Origin: Squalus acanthias
Lineage: Eukaryota
Direction: 5' to 3'
NCBI GenBank assembly: GCA_030390025.1
Contig: CM059432.1
Coordinates: forward strand, 33,730,001-33,794,000
DNA: 64,000 bases
In this document: in pieces, positions 48,289 to 59,565 of the stretch
Position numbering within the stretch: position 1 is the first letter of the stretch
Layout: each line of letters begins with the position of its first letter
The notes under the pieces: generated by a model
What the model saw: only the letters and a program-made list of their open reading frames with translations
Database searches by the model: none
What the model was told of the DNA's origin: nothing
Program-made: the position numbers and the translations under genes

Positions 48289-50856
48289 GGCCTCGATTTT
48301 GCCATTGGGGTCGGGCTGGGGTGTGTCAAGTGGTTTTCGTGTCAGGACCCCGACTCCGATGTGAAGTGGGAAAAAAGTGCGATTTTCCCATAATTGGGCA
48401 CTTGATTTCCAATGTGTGGGAACCCCTGGCCCAATTAGTCTTTCCATCCTGAAAGTCGCCTCCGATGACATCATCAGTGCTGCTGGATTTAAGGCCTGCA
48501 AGCAGCCTTGCTTCTTCTGGAGACTGGAAACGCTTTGGACATTGTATGAAGGACTTCATTTACCGACCATGTCCACCAGCAAGCAAAAGTGTGCACCTCG
48601 CTTTGATGAGCCCTCCCTCCAAGCTCTGGTGCAGGGAGCAAGATCTAATAAGGAGGTGCTCTTTCCTTCCTCAGGGAGAAAAAAGCCACCACAACAGACT
48701 AAAGCTGTGTGGCTGCAAGTGGCCCAGGAGGTCAATGCCATCTCTATGTGCTGCAGAACCTGGCTGCAGTGCAGGAAGAGTATTCATGACCTTTTCCTCA
48801 CAGGAAAAGTGAGTATGACTTTCTCATCACCCTCAATCTCATCCCCATCGCCTCTCCTCACCAGCACTCTGCTTTGCCAACCTCTTCCTCCACATCCCAC
48901 TTGACACTGACATCCCTGCACCCTTACCCATTCCCTCTCTCTCTATGGTCACATTCACTTAACTATTAGACCATGCAGCCCTCACACTCCCTATCACTGT
49001 GACGCAATGACAACAACTTACAACACACAGGGAGGGCCCTTTGTCTCCTTCTAAGCATCTATGCTGTGGATTCTCTACACTCACTCCTTCATTCTCACTC
49101 AAACTCCACTTGTGTCCCTCATTGCGGGAAAAGAGAGCCCACATTAAGAGGGAAAGAGTGCCGACATGAGGAGGGCCACCCTCAGTAGCCCAGCTCACCA
49201 CCTCGGAGGAGGTGGCCCTGGAAATTGCCGGGATCGAGGAGGATTCCCAAGTGGGGGACGGACAGGCGGGTGCATCACAGCAAGCTGGTGAAAGAATAGT
49301 TTGGCATCTCTCTCATTGACATTGCATGAGTGACTGATAATGATTCTGATGCTCTAACAGATTGACTTATGATCATCTGCATAATTCAATGTGCATGCAA
49401 CCTTTACCTCACATCTTTAACTCTTTCCTTTACTCCCCCACAGGACCATTGAGAGCCCCCGTCCCCACTGTCCAGGAGGAAGAGCCTGAGCTTCCAGACT
49501 CCTCAGAAGAAGCTGCAACCTCTGAGGGCGCTCCGTCAGCAGAATTAAGCGCACCCTGCACCAGCGCAGACACTCACACCTCGGTGGGACCTTCAGGACA
49601 TAGAGTAGAGTTGTCACCTGGTGTATCACAGCTCACAAGTGAGCATCAGCAGATCGTGGAGACAGGGACAGCAGTGGAGAGTCCTCGTCACAGTGGAGCG
49701 GTGCTGGAACTCCAGGAACAGGTGCAGTAGTCTCTAGCAGGTTTTGTCTCCAGGGTCGCTGCGAATGGAGGAGTCCATCGCTAACATGAGCAGAGCCTTT
49801 GTAGAGGCGTTGGTGCATGAACGCATCACCATGGAAAGGATGGCAACCTCCTTGGAAAGGATGGTTACCTCCATGGTAAGGCTGGCTACGGTAGTCACTT
49901 GGGTGTAATGTTGTGTTTAATTTTGAAAAGCCATCATTTGCTTATTGTCATAAAAAATTCTGATGGCAAACTGTTGCAGTTGTGGCGTGTGTCATTTCGC
50001 TAATGGGACTTCCACATTGAGGGCTTAGGGCGACTTGCAATTGTCAGTATGGTAGTCAGAGTGATAGGAATCCGCAGGTTCTTGGCCATTGTCGATGGTC
50101 AGATAAGAAGGTGCGAGGCAAAATTGTTTGATTGTGCAGGCTAAGCAAATCTGGCCAAGATGAGTGCGTCCCTTGCATCCCGGGCAGCAATGTGGTCGCG
50201 CACTGGCGCCTTCTGGCCTGTGCAGCTTCAGGTGGGTGAGCAGCAGCTTGGCGCTCCTGTTGTTGCTGCTGCTGTTGGTGGTGCTATTGTTCATGGTTCT
50301 GCTGCTGCCACGGCTGGTCTTCGTCCAGGAGGAAAGGAAATAAATGGTTCCCATGCGCTCAGTCAAGGTGGCGAGAGGGGTTTCCCAGGAGGTCACACTG
50401 GAGATGGGTGTCACGCTCCAAACTTCCACAACAATGGGTATGCCTGCTAAAAGTTCCCCCAGACCTGAGACAACAAAGTTCTGCCACCTGCAAATGATGA
50501 TTGCTGAAAACTCCTTTTTAATGGTGGAGCTGCAGCTGTTAGTAAGCAGTCCACTTGTGAGGCCGCCAGGATTCACTGGCGTGTTCCAGAGGAGACGTGT
50601 AGGACGTGGGAAAAGTGGTAAAATCAGAAAGGCCTCTCAAAATGGGATTATAGAGGCACTTAACTGGTAGTTAAGGGCCTTAAGGGCCTATCCCGCCTCT
50701 TGGAGATGGGATGGAAACGGGGTCAGAAAACACGCATTTGGGAAAATTGCTCGGAGGCGGGATGGAGGTGGGATCGGGCCCGCCCGCCATTTTTTGCGAT
50801 TTTACCACCTCACACGCCTCCAATCCCGCCTCCTCGGGCCTGGCAAAATCGAGCCC
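48289..50856. mobile_element. Internally deleted Harbinger element B (2568 bp), inverted relative to A
   Basis: TIRs GGCCTCGATTTTGCCA / TGGCAAAATCGAGCCC; TSD TAT (48286-48288, 50857-50859). Confidence 0.9.
48569..49890 (+). pseudogene. Myb/SANT-like gene of element B (spliced, disrupted)
   Basis: MSTSKQKCAPRFDEPSLQALVQG..WLQVAQEVNA..RTWLQCRKSIHDL; donor AAA|GTGAGT at 48808/48809; exon 2 EKRAHIKRER from ~49128; exon 3 after CCCCACAG at 49444. Confidence 0.75.
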
Positions 50857-50869
50857 TATGACTCTAAAG

Positions 50870-51501
50870 AATGCGTAGTGCCAGTAACTGTGCTGATGCC
50901 TGCGGGTGAGACATGTGATGTGTTCTTCCTCCTCCTGTTCTCCCGCCTCGCTCTCTACGGTGCCCTCAGAGACAGGCTGCTCAGGTGCTTGCTCATTATC
51001 TGAAAGCATAAAGGCACAAGAGTCGGGTTAAGGGGAGGGGAGGGGAGCAAGAAGGGAGAAATGCATGCATACGGCATTATTAGCTGGAAAGTGCGAAACA
51101 CTTGTGGGGTGAGGGGGAAGGGGGATGTGAGAAGAAGAAGTAGGGATGAACATACCGTTGTTGTTCCCAAGGGGGTCAACATCACCGGTGGCCACGGCAT
51201 TCACTACCTGGCGCCCAATAATCTGCTGCACTCTATTCTACAGCTCAGGCAGTGGTTGGGTTTCGGCTTGTCCCCTGCCTGTGCGCTCCGCTCATGACCG
51301 CAGTGCTGCCCGAGACGTGCTGCACTACTTCCCTCCATGTGGTGCGGAAGACTTGCAGCGACGGCCTCCTGCCACTTGCCGGGTAGAGCACTGCCCTCCG
51401 TCTCTCCACAGCGATCACCAACGCCTCAATGCTTGATCGCAGAATCTGCGGGCTCTCTCCCTGAGTAAGACCCGGGCGCCAAAATCTGTAAGACTAGGCC
51501 C
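50870..51501 (-). pseudogene. Harbinger Myb/SANT gene remnant and probable terminus
   Basis: Minus strand ARRFCDQA..AVERRRAVLYPASGRRP, QQIIGRQVVNAVATGDVD and an acidic exon 3 remnant, paralogous to 6589-8416. Confidence 0.6.
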
Positions 51502-51519
51502 TTTACAGTATTCCGGTCT

Positions 51520-52144
51520 GATCGTTACTTAGAGTTCGGACTTGAACCAGAATGAAGACAATGAGACAATATTCAGGGTAACTACTTCTTTACTTAAAAT
51601 CAGTCAAGTTTACAAGCAAGCATAAGCTTCAACGAGCAAGCATAAGCATACATACGTACCAACACCAGCGAGTGACCCGTTCAGCAGTGACTAGTAGGCC
51701 CTTCTTTCTGTGCGACCAGTTAAGTCATCCGACTCACTGCAGCAGTCCCAAGCGTTCCCTAACTGTTTCCTTTATACCAAAACTTGGCAGGCCTCCCAAT
51801 GCATACGCGTCCCAGACCACGTTGACGATTGTTCAATCATGGGTATCTCTTCTCCTAATCTGTAGTCAATGAGCCTCAAGGCCGCTTGCGCCATGTCTGA
51901 AGGGGTTGCAGAAGTTCCTCATTGTTCAATCAGCTTAAAGCTTTGTTTTGCAGAACTCTCGAGGTCCTGTCTGATGAGGTTGCAGAGGTTAACTAAATCT
52001 GTAGACAAAGGGCTGCTTATACCATGTCTAAAAGTGTTAGAGAAGTTAACTAAATCTGTTTAAAGGTTTGTTTGCAGAACTCTTGAAGCTTGCTGGTACA
52101 TTAAATTCAGCCAAGTCACAACGAACAGTGAATTATATCTTACA
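51520..52144 (-). repeat. 3' LTR
   Basis: Starts TGTAAG on the minus strand at 52144, right after PPT-like GAGGGTGGA; TATAAA (51771-51776), AGTAAA (~51588-51593), U3 direct repeats TTGCAGAA; outer edge uncertain (51487 or ~51520). Confidence 0.8.
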
Positions 52145-53099
52145 GGGTCCACCCTCAAGTGGCTGTGTGCCCGAACCTTCGGGTCACAATCACTTACGCT
52201 TCTTCGTTGTTTTCTTATACCCTTGTTTTCTGTCGCAACTTGACCAATCTTTGCTGCTTGTGTCATTGCTGGCGCGGCAAGTTATTATCAGCAGGTATAC
52301 CGCAATCACCAGCTGAACAACGACCAAGACATGGGAGATAATCCTTATCCATGGGTCGACCTCGATATCCCTACCGATATCCCACCAGGACGAGTCATCC
52401 CCAACCTTGGATATTTCTTTTCGTAATTCACGGTTCTCCTGAGCCAAGGTATAATAATGCTTCTGGGATTGATTGACTCGTCTCATTAATTCTGCCAAGT
52501 GTTCTTGCAGTGGTGGGATGTCAAAGCCGAACCGAGTCACATACTGGTGCAATTGCTCTTTTAGCTCATCCTCTACAGTAATATTCACTTGCTCATGCGA
52601 ATATATGCTTAACAGCACCCGTGCCCCAGGCCTAACAGGTCTGACTGGGATAAAGCAAAATGTTCCCGCCGCAATAGGACAGGTCAGGTTATCACTGTAC
52701 TGGTATTCCCGGTGAATAGTGGTGACACACTATTCACCTTTCCCTCGGTAAGCTGACCTTATCGGGGAGTGCCATCCCGGAGTAACTTTCATGGTACAAT
52801 TCCATTCTATCCTATCCCAAGTGAACCCACAAGCGGGGGCTACGTGCTCTGCCACATCGTAAGGACAGACGAACGTATCTTGTATCTGAGCACATCCGGT
52901 GAGATCTAGGGCCACCCATTTGGTCCTGTCCACCTGGGCCACATACTTCGGAGGCTCGTCATACTCGACCAAATGGCCACCTCGACGCACCCCTACGTTC
53001 TCCATGCGAAACAAGGGGCTTGGGGTCGTTTTCTCGGGCAGGACCAGATAATACAGCACAATCCCTAAAAGGGTGAAGTTTCTCTGCCTTTGTAAGTCA

Positions 53100-53570
53100 C
53101 GATGTGGAGATGCCGGCGTTGGACTGGGGTGGACAAAAATGAGAAGTCACACAACACCAGGTTATAGTCCAACAGATTTATTTAAAATTACAAGCTTTCG
53201 GAGCTATCGCTCCTTCCTCAGGTAGAGTTACTGTGAGACAATCTACCAGAATTCACAGAATATAAACACAGAGAAAATGCAGAGATTCAATCTATCCCTA
53301 CATCAAAGACATACTAAGAGCACAGCCAAGACAATGAGATGTGTCCCAGGGGGTCCAACGTGTCAAAACACCTGCTGGCTGCATATCCTCTCCATTTGGG
53401 TTTGTTTCTTGTGTTTGTTTCTTGTGTTTGTTTTTTTAAAAAGCTGGAAAGACCGGCCATGATGTCAAGTCACGTTCTGTAGCGTGACATGAACCCGATA
53501 TCCCGATTGAGGCCGTCCTCATGAGTGCGGAACTTGGCTATCAGTTTCTGCTCGATGATTTTGCAAGTCG
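53100..53570 (-). mobile_element. Penelope-like element fragment within env
   Basis: EQKLIAKFRTHEDGLNRDIGFMSRY resembles a GIY-YIG C-terminus; pLTR segment with hammerhead motif and AATAAA. Confidence 0.7.
53189..53224 (-). ncRNA. Minimal type I hammerhead ribozyme motif
   Basis: Minus strand TAC-CTGAGGA-A-GGAGC-GATA-GCTCC-GAAA-GC-TT-GTA: stem I TAC/GTA, stem II GGAGC/GCTCC, palindrome AAGCTT. Confidence 0.65.
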
Positions 53571-54169
53571 GTGATTCGGACCTAAAACTGTCCCAATTCT
53601 TCATTGGGCCTGGCCGAGGATTCACACATCCATATATCCCCTCGTGTTCTCGCCACCGCCGTGGCCAGCACAACATAGTTTCTCCCTCGCCTTCCGATTG
53701 AGTTGGGCTTCCTAGATTTCCCCAGGGGTCCCCTATCTGGCGGTAACTGGTTTAATCACCCGTTTTCGCTTGGATGAACCACACATGTGGTTGGCTGGTG
53801 GTGCCATTTCTACACTTTATGCATACTCCTCTTCCCTCCCAGACCTCGCACGTGGTCACCCACACTGTCCCCGAGCAATTCGTTTCGCACGTACCTGAGA
53901 TGGATCAGAGAGCGACTTCCCGTGCGGTACCTTGGGGCACAGCTGCCGGGACAAGGGTGATCTAGCTTTATATCCTGAACCTCTGGACCCTCTACATGTT
54001 ATCCTCACTGCCGCCATCCCTATGCTGAGTATTACGCCGCACAACAACCAAAATAGTTTCCCCATTTCCCTTTTTGCCTTGGTCGGGCCTGTGAGAGAAG
54101 GGAACAAAAACGGAGTGTTACTTCTGGCCATGTACCCCCCTTCACCCCACCTACTGGCCTCTCAGACCT

Positions 54170-55560
54170 ATATAGCCTGTATCGTTTTGGAGGACGTCGG
54201 GGACGCGTCCTCAAATTAGACGGTACCTGTGGAGGCGCCACACCAGGTGCCTCTGCTCCATTATTCGGGGGAGGCGCTACATTGGACGCCTCCTCTGCCT
54301 CATCCCATTCAATAGGGCGAGTCCGTCTCACCAGGCTCATGATCGTTACCTGCACTTTGATTTCTTGACCTGCTGGTGGGCTGAAAAAGCTTTATTTGGT
54401 TAATGTGGAACTATTTGACTTTCTTAGGCAGCTGAACTGCATATACCATGTGGCTGGCTTTGTCAACGATGTTATATGGTCCTTTGTAGAGAGTTTAAAG
54501 AACTCCCACCCTCGCATAGTTGCGCACCATCACCTGGCTTCCTACCTCCCACTCCTGGGGTTTGTTTGGAGACAAGTTTAGTCGATTTCGCTGATGGGCC
54601 CTCCGATACTATGGGCAGCCCTCAGGTGTACCTCTTTCAAGGTTTCCCACAGATTGCTCAGGAACTTATCCCTGGTCACCTCCTCAATCTGTCTGTCCGT
54701 CAATGTGGGGACCAACAGGTGGATGCGGGTTTGCATGGGTCTCCCAGTTACAAATTCATGTGGGGAGTAACCCGTTCCTTTGGACTCTTTATTGCATATT
54801 CCCATAAGGATCAGGGGGAGTACCTCATCCCACTTGGCGGGGTTATCGTTTAATTCTTTATGCAGAACCAGTTTCAGTGTACAGTTCATTCTCTCCACAA
54901 TTCCTGACGACTGTGGGTTGTGAGCCACGTGCCATTCTCCCTCAATCCCAAGCAACTTCAGGGTAGCCTGCATCACTTGACCCGTGAAGTGACTCCCCTG
55001 ATCCGACTCCACCACCCGAGGAAGTCCCCATCTGGAGAATACCTCCCTAACTAAGGTCCTGGCTGTCCATAGTGCCGTGGCCGACTTACCTGGGAAGGCT
55101 TTCACCCATTTAGTAAAGTTGTCCACCAGGATCAGACAATACCTGTTGCCTTTCCTGGTGGTGGGCAGGGGCCCAATAACCTCTATTTGGACACACTGCC
55201 ATGGTCTCTTGGACCGACATGTGCGCCCTAAGGGAGCCTCTTTCTTGTGGGGGTCGGGACTGTTGGCTGCACATATCAGACAGTTTTTACAAAAGTTCTC
55301 TACGTCCTCCCTCAGGTGGGGCCACCACCCCACCTCCTCTACCCATTTCCAGGTCGTTTCTGGTCCAGGGTCTCCTGCCCCCCGGTGCCCCCGTGGGCTA
55401 GTTGCATGAATTCCTCCCGGTATCCTTCAGGCATGACCCACCTATCCCCTTTAAATAACATGTCTTCCCGTACTTTCACATCCCTGGCCCCATAGGGCCC
55501 CTCAATGGGTTGTCCTTTTCCCTTTTCCACGAGGACCGCCTTCAGCACTGCATCCTTCAG
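54170..55560 (-). pseudogene. pol: Integrase (degenerate HHCC, DDE core, GPY/F module)
   Basis: WWPHLREDVENFCKNCLIC; PWQCVQIEVIGPLP; ESDQGSHF; SSGIVERMN; downstream YKGPYNIVDK..FHINQIK. Confidence 0.9.
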
Positions 55561-56165
55561 CTATAATGTTTTAAGGTCTGGGGGAAGGGGAACGGTAACG
55601 GGTGCTGGGGTGACTGCTGCCACCATTCCTGATTGGTATAGGTCCCACGGGACTCCCTTCTCCGCCCCTTCCCTAGCCAGTTTGTCCGACCTTCTATTTC
55701 CTTCCCATCTGGGCTCTACTTTAGAGTGGGCCTTCACCTTATGGATACAGTATTCTTCACCTACGCTTTCCACGGCCTCCATTATGGTTGCCAGCATCGG
55801 GGCGGTTACTAATGGTCTACCATCCGCTGACTTAAAACCCCTCCTGGACCAGATGGCCAGGTACTCCGTGCAAGAGTTACATGTAAACATATGGGCTGGA
55901 TTTTGTCTTGGGGTCGGGTTGGGATCGTGTTACCCGCATTTCGTGTTGCCCCCCCGACTCCAGATTAATGTGGATGAATGATGCAATTTTGACTTAATTG
56001 GGCAATTGAGTTCCAGCATGTGGGAACCCATGAACCAATTAGTAGTTTCAGTCTGAAAGTCGCCTCTGATGATGTCATCATTGCAGCTCAGAGACTGCCT
56101 GTTTGGTCTCAGAGATTGCCTGGCCTTTGCTGTGAGAGGACCTGGATGCAAAATGAGCAGCATCT

Positions 56166-56201
<36 letters not shown>

Positions 56202-56890
56202 GAGAATTTTTTTTGCAACCAAGTCCTCCCAGGCAGTCTCTGAAGACATTCAATGCAGCAGCATCAGAGGTGACTTTCAGACCTAATACTACTACTACCT
56301 TCATCACAATACTACTACTACCTTCATCACATCTCCGTTGTAATAGTGGACCTGCAGCTGATAGTCAGCTATCCACTTGTGCTCCCGCCAGGTTTCACTG
56401 GCGTGTTTCACATCAGGCGTACTTCACACGTCGGAAAAGGGTTAAACTAGCTAAAACGTTTCAAAATGGCATTACAGAGCCAATTTAGGGCTTGTTAAGG
56501 GCTTTAATGGCCTCTCCCGCCTCTTGGAGGCGGGACGGAGTCGGGAACCCCGCGACCGATTTTGTCAAAATTGCGTGGAGGCGGAATGGAGTCAGGATGG
56601 GGTCGGGACCCCCGAATCTGCAACTTTAACCCCCCACACGCCTCCAAACCCGACTCTACGGGTCATTGAAAATCCAGCCCATAGCGTCTGAGCAGATCGT
56701 ATAGGGCGGGGGAAACTCTGTAGGGTGTGGTACCACGTATGTTATGGCTGCTAATTCCGCCTGTTGGGCGCTAAGGGTGGTGGGCAGTGAAATTGCCAAT
56801 TCCACTCCCTTCTGTGGGTCATAAATTCCACACCCTGTTTTGCATTCCCCTTTCTCTACAAAACTGGATCCATCCACATATATGTCGCGC
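55561..56890 (-). pseudogene. pol: RNase H domain split by a MITE
   Basis: IYVDGSS, SAQQAELAAI, YTICSD | WSRRGFKSADGRP, HKVKAHS, GNRRSDKLAREGA. Confidence 0.9.
55893..56680. mobile_element. Non-autonomous Harbinger element inserted in RNase H
   Basis: TIRs GGGCTGGATTTT / AAAATCCAGCCC; flanks ATAT and ATA; same family as 22506-23143. Confidence 0.9.
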
Positions 56891-56911
56891 CCCTCGGGGT
56901 GAATGCCGGAT

Positions 56912-58085
56912 TTAAATCTGCCATTCGTTTCCCATACCCCATACCCCTTCGACTGTGCATGTGTGGGGTTCTCCCTGATAATTAAGGTTGGCCGCTAACT
57001 TCGGGTCACTTATCATTTTTACCCTCAGGTCCATCCCTTCCAGTTGGAGTGTCCACCTAGCAATTCGGGTGCTAGAGACCGTTCCTTCCTTAATTCGGCC
57101 TTCTAACAGGAGACGGGTCGGCGTATGATGGGTGAGGAGGGTGATGGGCTGCGTTCCCGTAAACACCCAGAAGGTAGCGAGCAAGTGCCACTCGCAGGGA
57201 GAGTAGCCCTTCTCTACCTCCGACAGTACCTTAATGGTCTCAAGTGCCCATTAGTTTCCTGCATGAGGACAGCACTCAGGTTGGTGTCCGTTGCTGCCAC
57301 CTCCAGGCTAAAGTCCTTCCTGGGGTCCACGGCCCCTAGGGTCTGTAAGTCTCTTTTCAGCTGCACAAAGGCCTCCTCACAGTTCTCGTCCCACTCCCAT
57401 TCTACTCCTTTTCTTAATAACCTCAGCAAGGGAGCCACAGTGGCCGTGTAATTTTCTATAAATTCTCAGCAGTAACCTGTTAGACCCAAGAATGACCGCA
57501 GGGCAGTAACTGACCCTGGGCGGTGCAACTCCTGGATTGTTCTACGCTTCGCCTCATCTATGGCATGCTCCCCTGGTCTAATAGTTAATCCGAGAAACTG
57601 GACTTCCTTTTTTCCTTTCTGAGCCTTTTTGAGGTTTACTTTGAAACCCACTACCTTTAGCAATTCCAGCAGTTCTTCCAACAATACCTCATGCTCCTCC
57701 TCATTCTCTGAGAACAATAATAAATCGTCCACGTATTGGATAAGTTGCTCTGCTTACTAAACTTGGTCAGGCACTTGGCCATGCACTGGTGGAAAATAGA
57801 CGGACTGTTGTGGAATCCTTGTGGCAGGCAAGTCCACGTGTATTGTTGGCCCTTGAAGGCGAACGCAAACTTATACTGATCCTCGAGGTGTAGGGGAGTC
57901 GAGCAGAATCCGTTTGAGATGTCCAGTGCTGTGAACACGGTGGCGGGGTTAGGGATATTGCTGATCAAGTCAACTACGGCCACCACCGTGGGAGCGCCAG
58001 CGGGGATGTTTTTATTGAAGACTCTGTAATCTATAGTCATTCGCCAAGAAGCGTCTGGTTTCTTGACCGGCTAAATCGGGGAATT
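56912..58085 (-). pseudogene. pol: Reverse transcriptase and tether (degenerate RNase H-like) domain
   Basis: KKPDASWRMTIDYR, LDISNGF, YTWTCLPQGFHNSP, YVDD (57724-57735), LRSFLGLTGYC; tether FSLEVAATDTNLSAVLMQ..RIARWTLQL. Confidence 0.92.
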
Positions 58086-58439
58086 GACATGTGTCGTGAG
58101 GGGCCTCAATATCCCTTGCTCCACCAAGGATATAAATGCCTTTTCTAGGTCTTTCTCTGCTTCCTTGGGGAACGTGTTCTGCTTCTGTGATCTAGACATC
58201 GGTTCCCCCACCCCCCCTCATGTGCACTTCCATTCCTGCCACCCAGCCACAGTCATGTTTGTGGGTGGCAAAGGTCCCATTTTGTACCAGAGTCTGGTAT
58301 CTTTCGGGTACCCTGGTCACCAATGTTTCCAGGTCATAGGGTCCCGCGGGCGTCACCACCCACGCCTCTCCATGTCGCGGGGGTATCACAACTATCTCCT
58401 CGTTATCATCCACTCCTCCCTATAGACAATCGTTCTCCA

Positions 58440-58790
58440 TGCCCACTATAACATTATGGGCCAGCATCCAATCCGAGCCTAACACCCCCAGGCCCGGCAG
58501 GTCCCATTTCATTAATATACAAGTCCACTTTGTTTGGAGGGTCCCACCTTAAAACTTAAAGGTTTTGACACCGCCCCAGTCACTGAATCGCCCGTAATAC
58601 CCCCTAGAACATAGGGATTTCCACGACCAAGGAGACCTCATTGGGGAGGGAGAGTGGATCACCGTACTCGATGCTCCAGTATCTACTAGGTAGTCCCCCC
58701 TCTCCCTCAACGGTGATATCTATACACGGTCATCCCCAATCATCGTACCTGAGTGGCCACAGGTACTCGGGCCAGGCGCAGCCCCTTCAT
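58440..58790 (-). pseudogene. pro: Retroviral aspartic protease remnant
   Basis: Minus strand YLVDTGASSTVIH (~58672-58692) and a downstream GVLGSD motif; frameshifted. Confidence 0.75.
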
Positions 58791-58837
58791 GCTCGGGGTT
58801 CTACGCTGTCTTTCCTTTGGGCCGCGTGGACCTTTCC

Positions 58838-59565
58838 CTAGGGTGTCTCATCCCGCAACTCCCTCAGACACTCCTTCATACATTTGGTAAATAGTTTGGT
58901 CACATCCTCTTGGGTGGGGGCACTTGGTCGAGGTCCCGTTGTCTTTGGGCCCTCTGACTTCCCCTTTCTCAGGAGTCTACAGGAGCATGCAAAATGTCCT
59001 ATGCCTCCACCGTTATAGCACTCTCGCCCCTGGGTTCCTCCTTTCGTTGCCGCCCCCTCTTGTTGCCACCTTCGGGGTGATCCAGCACCGGGTCCCTCAC
59101 CCTTAATTTCACAGACCTTGCCCTTTGGTTTATTTATCAGCCCGGTGTTCTTTTTATCCACCTGCCGTGCTTCGAAGCACAGAGTCATTTTCCGCAATAC
59201 CCTGGCCTCAGTATTGGTATTATCCTCTGGGTCAAAATCCGCCAGAGCGGCTTGCAAATAGGGCAGGCTGTGGGAGATCAGGGTGCGCAACCAGTGATTA
59301 CGCGGCTACCCGTCCAGCCCTCCGCTATCTATTGTTATTCTGCATTATAAGTCGGCCATAATCTATCGGCGAACACTGCCGACAACTCGCACCAACCTTT
59401 GTGTTACTTCCGCCAAAGCCTGGAAAGGGTCTCCCTTTCCCTGCCGCATAGCCTGGATGCTTCTTAACTTTAGCGTGTCATAATTACCCTCTCCTCTTTT
59501 GACTTCCTGTGGGAGACCAGTGAAAACGCCAGGACTCAAAGTAAATAGCAGTAAGCGCTTCCTTT
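58838..59565 (-). pseudogene. gag: gag C-terminal part
   Basis: Degenerate zinc knuckle ECYNGGGIGHFACSC upstream of the protease; 5' part replaced by CR1. Confidence 0.7.

Larger units (their letters stand above)
52190..54065 (-). pseudogene. env: env-like class I fusion glycoprotein, disrupted
   Basis: Signal peptide MGKLFWLLCGVILSIGMAA (from 54065); 53099-52190 in one frame with a single TAG; Cys-rich ectodomain, N-glycosylation sequons, heptad repeat, TM helix WIRIISHVLVVVQLVIAVYLLIITC, basic tail. Confidence 0.8.

Noticed and set aside
51487..51493. TGTAAGA as the outer LTR end (inverse of TCTTACA at 52138-52144)
   Set aside because: It overlaps what looks like a Harbinger terminus (CTAGGCCC at 51494-51501) and no TSD can be tested because the other end is lost; left unresolved
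58780..58840. gag-pro readthrough or frameshift signal
   Set aside because: Too many stops and frameshifts in this copy to infer the expression mechanism
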